Source: Saprospiraceae bacterium | GTDB lineage: Bacteria; Bacteroidota; Bacteroidia; Chitinophagales; Saprospiraceae | Direction: 5' to 3' | NCBI GenBank assembly: GCA_965249735.1 | Contig: CBDFMS010000018.1 | Location: 41,893 to 105,892 of the forward strand | Length of the DNA: 64,000 bases | In this document: in pieces, positions 28,101 to 36,092 of the stretch | Position numbering within the stretch: position 1 is the stretch's first letter | Layout: each line of letters opens with the position of its first letter | The notes under the pieces: generated by a model | What the model was told of the DNA's origin: nothing | Databases searched by the model: none | What the model saw: the letters and a program-made list of their open reading frames with translations, nothing else | Position numbers and translations under genes: made by a program

Positions 28101-28400
28101 AACGATGATCAGCAACAGCATTTTGGAGGACCGCAGGCATTTAAGCGGGCCGGTGTACCGGGATTTGCAGCCGGAGGCCTGGTCGATGTCAATACCACGC
28201 CTACGCGCAATCCAGATCTCCAACTTGGCCAATCCGGTGCCACTGGTGTCGACCTCGCACCGATCAACGACACGCTCAACACCCTAGCTCAGGCCATCAT
28301 TGTACTCACCAATACACGACTCAAGGCAGATGTAGCCCTCACCGACATCGAGGATGCCAGTGAGGAACTCAATGAGATCCGGGATGCAGCTAGTCTCTAG
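25143..28400 (+). CDS. Tail tape measure protein
   Basis: 1085 aa with long coiled-coil stretches, central hydrophobic segments and a Gly-rich linker. The largest gene in the tail region. Confidence 0.8.
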   Translation: MAVRQDRAQLIVEIKAAESSEYQKLIKSQKDLVRDTKKLKVGTDEYNQKLADTIELNKKFSKIDINKLSIKQIQERSRQLERLKKILPQNSKALKDMEVEQKKLNTALANARSRTRGVAQGMDKMQGAGAKFISFLKTTLPLIGAFFAIGKLVEWGKQLLTIGTEIDTLDRKFKTVFGEAGDIVSAFAERNAESMGLTRSRYREAAAAVGDLLIPMGFQRDEAAQLSAGLVNLSGALAEWSLGKISSKQASDILSKAMLGERDGLKQLGISLTEADIKARLAAKGQDKLTGSNLEQAKALATYDLVLEKSKDAQEAFAKNTGTLIRKKNELKAKIQENVEVLARRLIPIWNQVTVWGLKIVEGFVQFALILKEIPKFIKENQTTLIALGVALIAFNLQSIKANALLLLQKIRITATTKAKQAAIIVTKGFRAAMKGLNATIRANPIGFIIGLLISLALAFSQAYKRSEKFRNFIDGLSKIFKYTLGPTIQNVREWFGRMFEKAKDFPIIGGYIRGITKAIKLARDAFENVGATFAGLKAAAKQAFENIKLQFVEMGISAVLAAKKLDLAFSIRSSTKERLRKEIAALENLKTVAAKAGKSIGEAYSSARDEFILKNPPTDAKAKKGGGGGGGDGGNNDPPKPPTAPSGESAEKQRKKDLKLALAAQKDLFARLAFLDEVKHQDDLDRATGNAEALAALKHDHRQREIENDILHFQDQIAILDEFGEGESTKVLEIQAKIAKLKNDQAASERERLAEINQGKLDDLDKIYEGEVDKLQSKFDQALISEGEFKELQLQQEIEAIAQRQALLTDLKLQDTEAFAELERQRTDVEREQSELRVAAADRESEIKQNIQKAGLAAATNALRFGLKLLKKESKARKAFIVATKAFEIAKVIINLQSQIAAINAKYAAIPGAGLAFAAFETAIAKVNAGVAIGTILAQKFYKGGQVSPHKRVVSGQRVNLAPNAPTQRGGDNVLAFLKRGEVVLNDDQQQHFGGPQAFKRAGVPGFAAGGLVDVNTTPTRNPDLQLGQSGATGVDLAPINDTLNTLAQAIIVLTNTRLKADVALTDIEDASEELNEIRDAASL

Positions 28401-28614
28401 TTCAGACAAGAAATGTTATACTAATTTGGATCAGATGCGAAAAGTGGGTCTTCGTATGACGTAGGCATGCAGGGTGCCTTTAGTCTTTTTGTTGCGTTTT
28501 ATGCGAATTTAGTATACCTTTACATCAACAAATTTTTCCAAGTCACTGGATGACTTGCACAATGCCACTTAAACTCTGAGGTAAAAACTACTAAAGACGA
28601 ATCAATGGCAAATA

Positions 28615-28649
28615 GCCCGGTTGCAGTAACAACTGGGCTTGTTTGTTTT
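28615..28649 (+). terminator. Terminator-like hairpin
   Basis: GCCCGGTTG-CAGTAA-CAACTGGGC (one G-T pair) followed by TTGTTTGTTTT. Confidence 0.55.
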
Positions 28650-28727
28650 AAAGAGGTAGTCGATCCAGCGACTGCGGGCAAAGTCCCGCCCTGAAGTGGC
28701 GATTTTATATCAAAACCATAGGTAACC

Positions 28728-28889
28728 ATGGAGAAATTTGTTTACAAAGATGGCAAACGCTATAAAGTAGTGTACACGCCTTATATCGTCGATAAAAAGA
28801 CGGGAAAGAAACGGTATCCGAAAACAGCGCGAGTATTTAGATTATTAATCGAAGATACTCAAGACCCGCCATCATCTAGCGCAGCTTGA
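28728..28889 (+). CDS. Small basic ORF (53 aa), below the track threshold
   Basis: ATG 28728 to TGA 28887-28889 read by hand: MEKFVYKDGKRYKVVYTPYIVDKKTGKRRYPKTARVFRLLIEDTQDPPSSSAA. Its own terminator follows. Confidence 0.35.
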   Translation: MEKFVYKDGKRYKVVYTPYIVDKKTGKKRYPKTARVFRLLIEDTQDPPSSSAA

Positions 28890-28900
28890 TGATGGAATGG

Positions 28901-28926
28901 CGGAGGTGTTACTGCACCTCCGTTTT
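28901..28926 (+). terminator. Rho-independent terminator
   Basis: CGGAGGTG-TTACTG-CACCTCCG followed by TTTTGC. Confidence 0.7.
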
Positions 28927-28941
28927 GCATTAAAAATCGGC

Positions 28942-28955
28942 CATTTTGTCAAGAT
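28942..28955 (+). promoter_or_regulatory. CATTTTGTCAAGAT box, copy 1
   Basis: Same box as 29360-29374 and both arms of the 33661-33686 palindrome. Confidence 0.35.
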
Positions 28956-29344
28956 TTCACTTCAAAAAACGCCAAGCCCCTTACACTCGATTTTTCAACG
29001 CAAATATACGTTGAAAAGTGAATTTCGGTCATTTTCAACAAAAGTGACTGGAGTTTTGGTCAAAAGTGCTCATTTTGAAAATCAAACGTTAAGGGAATTT
29101 AACACTTCAAATTTATTTTAACAAAATATTAACTTATAATCGACTGATTATCAATAAAACGATGATTTCTATTAACATAATAAATAGTTTTGGACTTTTG
29201 GTCATTTATTCACTTTAAGTGGTCACATCTTACGCCTTGATACTCAGTGCCTTTAGTACAGTTGACCATTTGACCACTTCTACAACCTACCCCCTGTTAA
29301 AATTTACATAAGTTTCACGAGGCGATTAAACTGTCCTAATATTA

Positions 29345-29374
29345 GTCAATTGACACGCCCATTTTTGTCAAGAT
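29345..29374 (+). promoter_or_regulatory. GTCAATTGAC palindrome plus CATTTTTGTCAAGAT box overlapping the start codon of the next gene
   Basis: Perfect 10-bp palindrome at 29345-29354. Box at 29360-29374 ends in the ATG at 29373. Confidence 0.35.
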
Positions 29375-29693
29375 GGCAGAGATCATAGACATCCAGGAAG
29401 TACTCGCAGTGATCAGTGACTTGAGCGAAGGAATTGAATTTTCGATCGCATTTGTTCGCGCTCACCAGGGCTCCGGAGGACCAAAAGGATCAATCAAGTT
29501 TGTCGAACACTGCCGGCGCGGATTTCGCAGGCGAAAAGTGTCTACTACGGCTAAAAAAGGTAAATCATCAGGTAAAGTCCCTGTCCACAAACTCAACGGC
29601 ACCCTCCCCATGGTGGAGGTCGTCACCGACCGGATGATCAGCGTCCGGATCTCGCATATCATCGAATTCAACAAATTCAAAGTCAAACATTAA
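29373..29693 (+). CDS. Hypothetical phage protein (first gene of the packaging block)
   Basis: 106-aa ORF with a basic central region. Confidence 0.45.
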   Translation: MAEIIDIQEVLAVISDLSEGIEFSIAFVRAHQGSGGPKGSIKFVEHCRRGFRRRKVSTTAKKGKSSGKVPVHKLNGTLPMVEVVTDRMISVRISHIIEFNKFKVKH

Positions 29694-29698
29694 TCACT

Positions 29699-31024
29699 AT
29701 GGATCCATTCATCGGAGGCAACATCGCAGTCATGTCAGTACCAGATGGTCAGGCCATCATACATTTTTCATCACACCGAGACGCCCTCGAGGCGGGCAAG
29801 ATCCATCATGTCGGTCGCAATGAAGTACAATATTGGGGTGTTGACAACCTACTACCGCAGACCAGGGAACAACTCGTCCAGGCTAATAACATCATACCGT
29901 CTCTGATGCAGACAAAGAGAGACATCCTGGTAGGATCCGGAGTAGTGCCCTACAATGTCATTTTTGAGAATGGTAAAAAACGTGTCGAGGAGGTCGAATG
30001 TCCCGGGGATATCACAGATTGGATGGAAAAGTCGTCTTTTGACAACTATCTACTGCAATCATGCAGTGACCTGTTGATGCATGCCAATGTTTTCCCAGAA
30101 TTCATCAGGACCCGGGATAAATCAAAAATATCCCTCCTCAGCGCCAAAAAGGCCCGCCATCTCCGACTGGCAAAGCAAAACAAGCAGGGAGATATTGATA
30201 CGGCATATTGGTCTGGTAACTGGAAAGAGGCCACGACGAACTACAAGCCCAAGCCAATCAATATATACGACCCCAAACAAAAGCAGAACAAGTTTTTGAT
30301 GCATTTGGGCGACACGATGTTCATGCTTGATGAATATTACTACAGCCCCAGCTGGTGGGGCGGCAAAGATTGGATAGAGCTATCCAATGGTATCCCTCCA
30401 TTCCACATCGCCAATCTCAATAATGGGTTCAACATCAGATTTCACATCATGATCCCTGTCAATTATTTTGACAAGTATACGGCCATGGCCCAGGTTGACA
30501 GGACACCGGAAGGTCAGCAAAAGGCAAAATCAGCATTGGCTGCAGCTAAACAAGATCTCATCGATCGTCTGAATGAATGGCTGGCCAAACCAAAAAATGC
30601 CGGTCGTGCATTTTTTAGCACATACAAGATGACCCAGCGTGACGGAAAGATGTTTGGAGGCATCGTCATCGAACCGATTAAATATGACATGAAAGATGAG
30701 GCCTTGATCTCGCTTTTTGACAAGTCGAATGAAGCCAACATGTCTAGTCAAGGCGTACATCCTACCTTGGCCAATATCCAAACCCAAGGCAAACTTAGTT
30801 CCGGATCAGAGATCCGCAACGCCTACTTGATGTACGTGGCCATCAAGACACCGGTGCCGCGCCGCACACTATTAAAACCCTTGAATTTTATCCGGAAAGA
30901 AAATGGATGGGACAAAAAATACCCAGACATCAAAGGATTTATGTTCAAAGACATGGAGATCACTAAATTGGATGACGACAAATCCGGATCATCAGAAATA
31001 ATTACTGAGGATGGAAAACAGTGA
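29699..31024 (+). CDS. Portal protein
   Basis: 441 aa. Size and overall pattern fit portal proteins, and it lies in the same block as the large terminase. Confidence 0.65.
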   Translation: MDPFIGGNIAVMSVPDGQAIIHFSSHRDALEAGKIHHVGRNEVQYWGVDNLLPQTREQLVQANNIIPSLMQTKRDILVGSGVVPYNVIFENGKKRVEEVECPGDITDWMEKSSFDNYLLQSCSDLLMHANVFPEFIRTRDKSKISLLSAKKARHLRLAKQNKQGDIDTAYWSGNWKEATTNYKPKPINIYDPKQKQNKFLMHLGDTMFMLDEYYYSPSWWGGKDWIELSNGIPPFHIANLNNGFNIRFHIMIPVNYFDKYTAMAQVDRTPEGQQKAKSALAAAKQDLIDRLNEWLAKPKNAGRAFFSTYKMTQRDGKMFGGIVIEPIKYDMKDEALISLFDKSNEANMSSQGVHPTLANIQTQGKLSSGSEIRNAYLMYVAIKTPVPRRTLLKPLNFIRKENGWDKKYPDIKGFMFKDMEITKLDDDKSGSSEIITEDGKQ

Positions 31025-31628
31025 TTATCGGTCAGGCATCCAATTATTAAAAAGAAAAAATCCGGAGCATCCAATATTGCCCACACTGGAAAAGGGATTT
31101 TCATTAATTAATTTAGAATATTTAAGGTTTGCACTCAAAAATGCTCAATTATATAAAAATAAAGCCCCTGAGAATCGTGTAGAATATTCAGACCCATCCC
31201 TTACTACGCTTTATTCAAATCTAAGAACCTTAAAAAACAGGCAGGCCGTACATTCTAATAAATTTCACGCTGCAAGTAATAATAATCAGCGTGCATTTAT
31301 TTCCGATGAAATAATGCGCATTCAGAGCGACATCAAATTGACAATATTAGAAATCAATGCATTTAAAAAGAATGGAAAAGTCCATGAATTAAAAAACATC
31401 GAACAATATCCAGTCCCGAAGGATCCACTAAAAATGCAGCGAAAAAATGAAAATCTTGGATCGCAAATCAGTAGACAAAACCGAGATATCAGAAAAATGC
31501 AGATCGAGATCAGACGAAATCCATCGAATAAATTGGAGGAACGATTGACGAAATTTAAAATAAAATTAAATCACCTGGAAATCCATCGAGGCCATGTCAG
31601 AAATGCGCTCACTGTCGCGACGTTATAG
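31011..31628 (+). CDS. Hypothetical basic coiled-coil protein (AT-rich gene)
   Basis: 205 aa, Lys/Asn/Arg-rich. Its composition is visibly AT-richer than the flanking portal and terminase genes. Confidence 0.4.
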   Translation: MENSDYRSGIQLLKRKNPEHPILPTLEKGFSLINLEYLRFALKNAQLYKNKAPENRVEYSDPSLTTLYSNLRTLKNRQAVHSNKFHAASNNNQRAFISDEIMRIQSDIKLTILEINAFKKNGKVHELKNIEQYPVPKDPLKMQRKNENLGSQISRQNRDIRKMQIEIRRNPSNKLEERLTKFKIKLNHLEIHRGHVRNALTVATL

Positions 31629-32130
31629 CGATCAACAATTTAAGGCTGCTAATCGAATTGAGCGAATATCTCTGTACATGCGAGATTCGGACATCTATTC
31701 ATTATCAGATCCCGATCATGAGTATTTTGAATTGATGAAGCGGACATTCGCTATCCTCTCATCCCAAACTGATCAAAAAATAAGGGTCGACCTCATTTCT
31801 CATATATCGACTCCGGAGCTTCCGCTTCCAAGAGTGTACAATTTGATAAATGACACCAAGGTGCTCTTTGGCGACGTCGTCAAGGTCAACAAGAAATTTG
31901 ATCGCATGGTATTGCGCGAACATTTCCTGCAGTTAGCTCGACTAGCAAAAGAAGAGGAGGATTACGGTGAGGCCCGTCGGTGCTTCCGGGAAGCGGCCAG
32001 AATCGAAGAATTATATGATCCGGACACCGAGGTATTTGACCCAAGTGCCTTCGAGCTTCCAACCATAATCATTTCATCAAGTCCTGAAGCATTTTATGCA
32101 GACGCAGAAGTCATCGAAGAGGAAGAGTAA
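31594..32130 (+). CDS. Candidate small terminase subunit (by position)
   Basis: 178 aa with an acidic C-terminus. Overlaps the start of the large terminase gene. Confidence 0.35.
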   Translation: MSEMRSLSRRYSDQQFKAANRIERISLYMRDSDIYSLSDPDHEYFELMKRTFAILSSQTDQKIRVDLISHISTPELPLPRVYNLINDTKVLFGDVVKVNKKFDRMVLREHFLQLARLAKEEEDYGEARRCFREAARIEELYDPDTEVFDPSAFELPTIIISSSPEAFYADAEVIEEEE

Positions 32131-33565
32131 AGAGGTCTATTTCAACGACAAACAGATTGCCGTATTTGAAGCCAGGCAACCGATGACCGTCAACATTTGG
32201 GGTCGTGGAACCGGAAAATCAGTCGTCGGTGGTGCCATAGAGTATGACTGTGCGCTACACATGCCCCGGGCGAAGCGCTTCATCTGCTCGAAGACCTACA
32301 AACAGCTCCTGACCAATATTCTCCCAGCCATTAAATCAAAATGGCTGGACTTTGGCCTTATCCAGGACAAACACTATATCGTCGGCAGAAAGCCACCATC
32401 CTGGTACGATCGACCTTATGCCGCTCCGGATTCGCACGAGAACATCATTTCCTTCTTCAATGGATTCGCGTTGCAGCTCATGTCCATGGACAATGCCAAT
32501 AGTCAGAGAGGAGGGTCCTTTGATGGTGGTATGATTGATGAAATGGCTTTCATTCCTCGGGATAAACTAAACCAGACCTTATTACCGTCTGTGAGGGGCA
32601 ATATCAACCGGTTCTCTCATTGGCGCCACCAGCAGGTGAATTGTTTCACATCCATGCCATGGAAGGCCGAGGGCCAGTATGTACTCGACTATGCTGAGAA
32701 GGCGAAGATCAACCCCGACCAGGTCTACTACTCAGAAGCCAATGTCTATGACAATATCGTCGTGCTCGGCCAGAAAGGCATCGACAATCTGCGCAACAGC
32801 ATGACTACCATGGAATTTGAGGTTGAAGTATTGAACAAGCACCTCACCAAACTGCCGGAGGGGTTCTATCCATCTTTTGACCCCACAGTTCACACCTTCG
32901 AAGCACCCAACGAGTATGGTATAGGTGAGAGTGGGATCTACTATGCCGGCTCTAAGGCCATAAACAACCGTGCACCCATTGACCTCACGTTTGACTTTGG
33001 TGGCTGGTTCAACTGTTGTATCGCATTCCAGGAGCAGAATGACATCGAGTATGCAATCAACTCATTCTACGTCAAGGATGCTGAGAAATTAGACACACTT
33101 GTAAACAACTTCTGCGACCACTATGCCGGCCATGGACTCAAGCATGTCAACATCTATGGCGAACCGCGCGGCCATGATCGTATGGCTACCGCCGAAAGTC
33201 TATTTGCTGTCGTCCTGAAGATCTTGCGCAAACGTGGATGGTCAGCTGAGCTCAAAGTAGAGAATGCTGTCACTGACCAGCACGCGCTAAGGCATGAGTT
33301 CATAGTCGAGATCATGGAGGAATCCAATGACAACCTACCTAAGCTTCGCTTCGAGGAGGAAGAATGCAAGGCCGTGATCTACGCTATACAGATGACCGGC
33401 ATCAAGCCGGACTTCAAAAAGGACAAATCAAGTGAGCGCAAGAGAGAGTACAAGCAAGAGCACGCCACACACTTCACTGATGGCATGGACTACTTCCTTA
33501 TGCAGAAATACTATCATAGAGTCGACATGACTATAGATGAGTACGACAACTGGACTTTCTTCTAA
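32096..33565 (+). CDS. Terminase large subunit
   Basis: 489 aa. Walker A-like GRGTGKS, Walker B-like GGMIDEMAF, C-terminal nuclease-like HFTDGMDY. Confidence 0.8.
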   Translation: MQTQKSSKRKSKEVYFNDKQIAVFEARQPMTVNIWGRGTGKSVVGGAIEYDCALHMPRAKRFICSKTYKQLLTNILPAIKSKWLDFGLIQDKHYIVGRKPPSWYDRPYAAPDSHENIISFFNGFALQLMSMDNANSQRGGSFDGGMIDEMAFIPRDKLNQTLLPSVRGNINRFSHWRHQQVNCFTSMPWKAEGQYVLDYAEKAKINPDQVYYSEANVYDNIVVLGQKGIDNLRNSMTTMEFEVEVLNKHLTKLPEGFYPSFDPTVHTFEAPNEYGIGESGIYYAGSKAINNRAPIDLTFDFGGWFNCCIAFQEQNDIEYAINSFYVKDAEKLDTLVNNFCDHYAGHGLKHVNIYGEPRGHDRMATAESLFAVVLKILRKRGWSAELKVENAVTDQHALRHEFIVEIMEESNDNLPKLRFEEEECKAVIYAIQMTGIKPDFKKDKSSERKREYKQEHATHFTDGMDYFLMQKYYHRVDMTIDEYDNWTFF

Positions 33566-33579
33566 CATAATTATAATTT

Positions 33580-33594
33580 GTCGCGAAGCGACGC
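33580..33594 (+). repeat. GTCGCGAAGCGACGC hairpin repeat, copy 1
   Basis: Identical 15-mer at 33625-33639. Each forms GTCGC-GAA-GCGAC and each is preceded by AATTATA. Confidence 0.85.
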
Positions 33595-33624
33595 GATAAG
33601 CCGAGCGCAGCGGAATCAATTATA

Positions 33625-33639
33625 GTCGCGAAGCGACGC
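33625..33639 (+). repeat. GTCGCGAAGCGACGC hairpin repeat, copy 2
   Basis: Identical to 33580-33594. Confidence 0.85.
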
Positions 33640-33660
33640 CGCTCTCATATTACCTCAAAA

Positions 33661-33686
33661 CATTTTGTCAAATCTTGACAAAAATG
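33661..33686 (+). promoter_or_regulatory. Operator-like palindrome CATTTTGTCAA-ATC-TTGACAAAAATG
   Basis: Near-perfect inverted repeat. Each arm matches the box seen at 28942 and 29360. Confidence 0.4.
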
Positions 33687-33846
33687 GTAGGCGCGCTGAC
33701 CTACTGAGAGGTTTAGGTCTGTATTTTTTGAATTTTGGATGAATGAATGAATTGATTTTCAGCGACGTATATATGTGTCTTATATGTGTAAAAAAAGAGT
33801 GTCAATTGTCCTATTTGTGTAGGTTTTGGTGACAGAATTTTGTTCT

Positions 33847-34902
33847 ATGAAAATAGTATTCACACAACCGGACGTGACCGCGAAAGCCGTTGTTAAGACC
33901 TCCGACTTCAAACATCATTTTCCAAATGTCAACTCACAGAAAGACTGGAAGTCATTCGTGGCTTTCATTAAACAAGCGACTCGGGAATATGTAATTCCTC
34001 TGCTCGGGTGGGATCTCTATAATGATATCACTGACAAAATTGATGGAGATGCTGTTCCTGAAGCATTAGAAGATTTCGTGTCGCATTTAAAAGATGTGGT
34101 AGCATACTACACGATCTATTTTGCCTTGCCAAAAGACCAGATTGTCATCGCCAACTTTGGCCTCAATGAAGCTGAAGGTCGTGATGGATCCGCTGTGCCG
34201 GTCCGTCAATGGGTGTTTAATTCCACGCTATGGAATATTGTCCAAACAGCAGACAAGATGATGGATCAATTGTTGGAATATATGGAGGCAAACCTCAGTC
34301 TCGAAGAGAATTATCTGGGGAACAATTGGACTGATAAAGATGTATATCGGAATTATCGTGATCCAATATTCCGACTTACTTCAGAGCTTTCTCTGTACAT
34401 CAATATCAATAATAGCCGGCGGGCATATCTTCGTTTGATACCGCATATAAAATCGGCTGGCCTTCGGTTTATCATTCCCACCATTTGTCAGGATCAGATG
34501 TATAGGCTCATTGAAGGTATTGAGGATGGGGATCTTACTGGTGATGAGAAGTTGTTGCTCGAAAAAATCAAACCAGCCCTGGCCAATTATGCCCTACACA
34601 TCGGCATCCCTCATATCAGAGTAGTAGTGGATGGTAGCGGTATTTCGGTCACTACTATCACGAGTCAATATCCGATATCCGGATCGATTGTCTCAGGAAA
34701 AAGCGCAGCTTCTGACGAAGTAATTCATCAATTGAGTGAGCGAGCTTTGTCTGATGCAGAGACTGCACGAGCTGATTTACTTCAATTTTTGTATGGAAAC
34801 TCAGATACCTATCCATTGTGGCGTGACAGTGCTTGTAATCAGCAGGAAGAAAGTGTGTGTCTGACTACGCCTAGTGATGGTGCTGGAGGTGTGTTTCTGT
34901 AG
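33847..34902 (+). CDS. Orphan protein next to the integrase, function unknown
   Basis: Track start 33826 is TTG; ATG at 33847. 351 aa, helical, no motif recognised. Its 3' end overlaps the integrase 3' end by 32 nt. Confidence 0.5.
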   Translation: MKIVFTQPDVTAKAVVKTSDFKHHFPNVNSQKDWKSFVAFIKQATREYVIPLLGWDLYNDITDKIDGDAVPEALEDFVSHLKDVVAYYTIYFALPKDQIVIANFGLNEAEGRDGSAVPVRQWVFNSTLWNIVQTADKMMDQLLEYMEANLSLEENYLGNNWTDKDVYRNYRDPIFRLTSELSLYININNSRRAYLRLIPHIKSAGLRFIIPTICQDQMYRLIEGIEDGDLTGDEKLLLEKIKPALANYALHIGIPHIRVVVDGSGISVTTITSQYPISGSIVSGKSAASDEVIHQLSERALSDAETARADLLQFLYGNSDTYPLWRDSACNQQEESVCLTTPSDGAGGVFL

Positions 34903-36076
34903 CCTTGAAATACTTATCAAAGTTTTGCATTTTTGATCTGATCGCCTCTTTTGAAATGTGGACGTAGATCATGGTTGTTTCTATTTTGGAATGGCCTAGT
35001 ATGATTTGTAGCTCTTCGACTTTGCCCCCTAGCGCTAAATATGCAGTTGCAAATGTATGTCGAGCTACATGAGGTGTTACGTGTTTACCGATGGTGGTGA
35101 ATCCGGAAATGATATCCTTCATGTGACGACTGATCGTATAGTCACTCAGCCCATTGAATAGCTTATTATTATTACTGTATGCCACGGCGTCACTGAACAC
35201 GTTCAATGCAACGCTACTTAGAGGAATTTTTAATATCATTTTAGTCTTCCGGGTTTTGCTCGGTCTAAATATCAGCGTGTCCGAAATCACGACATCCTTA
35301 TCTAAATCCAATAAGTCGCCGACGCGTAGTCCCGTGAACGACATGAAAAGAAAGGCTCGTAGAGCATTTTGTTTGGCATGTGTCAGTGCATCCTTTTCGT
35401 ATAGCTGCACAAGCTCAGTTAGTTCAGGGACAGTCAACCATGTACGCTCAGTCCTGGCTGTTTGAATCTTGAAGTTATCATATGGATTTTCAAGCCTACG
35501 CTTTTGGTTAATAGCAATATTGATGAACTTCAAAAAAGTCTGATGGTATTTTGCCACAGTATTGGGCTCATACTTTTTGGTGGCCACCATAAATCTATTG
35601 AACGACCTCACGAATTCCAGGTTGAGATTTGAGAATGTCAATTCACTCTTGAATTCCTTCAGACGTCGTAGGCATTTCTCATAGTTTTTGATCGTGCCTC
35701 TGGCCCTCACCAGTCTCTCTTTTTCAATTTCAGTAGCCATGAACTCATAGAAATTGGCATCGCCCGATTTATTCTGAAAGATCTCTGCAAAAGATGATGC
35801 GGTCAATGGACTATCGTCTAAGATAGCTTTGTAAAAGATGGTGTCTGCTCTGGACTTCATCTTATGGATGATCGCATTGATGAGCTGTCCTGATCCCACT
35901 TTCCCTATCGCAACCTTTTCAGTATCTCGATTAAATGCTTCCGGCACTACCCTGGCGCCTACAGGTAAAACTTTACGCTGGCCATTGATGAACACTTGAA
36001 GCGCAAGTGCACACTTTCCATCCTTACCAATGTAGTCACTGCGGATGATGATTTTACTTGAATAACGATGGCTCAC
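34871..36076 (-). CDS. Tyrosine recombinase / phage integrase
   Basis: 401 aa. C-terminal catalytic pattern ...VARHTFAT ... LGHSKIETTMIYVH (R..HxxR..Y). Adjacent to a tRNA gene. Confidence 0.9.
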   Translation of the reverse strand: MSHRYSSKIIIRSDYIGKDGKCALALQVFINGQRKVLPVGARVVPEAFNRDTEKVAIGKVGSGQLINAIIHKMKSRADTIFYKAILDDSPLTASSFAEIFQNKSGDANFYEFMATEIEKERLVRARGTIKNYEKCLRRLKEFKSELTFSNLNLEFVRSFNRFMVATKKYEPNTVAKYHQTFLKFINIAINQKRRLENPYDNFKIQTARTERTWLTVPELTELVQLYEKDALTHAKQNALRAFLFMSFTGLRVGDLLDLDKDVVISDTLIFRPSKTRKTKMILKIPLSSVALNVFSDAVAYSNNNKLFNGLSDYTISRHMKDIISGFTTIGKHVTPHVARHTFATAYLALGGKVEELQIILGHSKIETTMIYVHISKEAIRSKMQNFDKYFKATETHLQHHH

Positions 36077-36092
36077 CTATTATATACCTTTT

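Noticed and set aside
25208-28232. Long - strand ORFs (25208..25735, 27185..27928, 27678..28232, 26285..26668 and others) antisense to the tape-measure gene
   Set aside because: They lie entirely inside a 1085-aa + strand gene with clear tape-measure character. Their products are low-complexity Ser/Ala/Leu-rich strings, as expected for the antisense of a repetitive coiled-coil gene.
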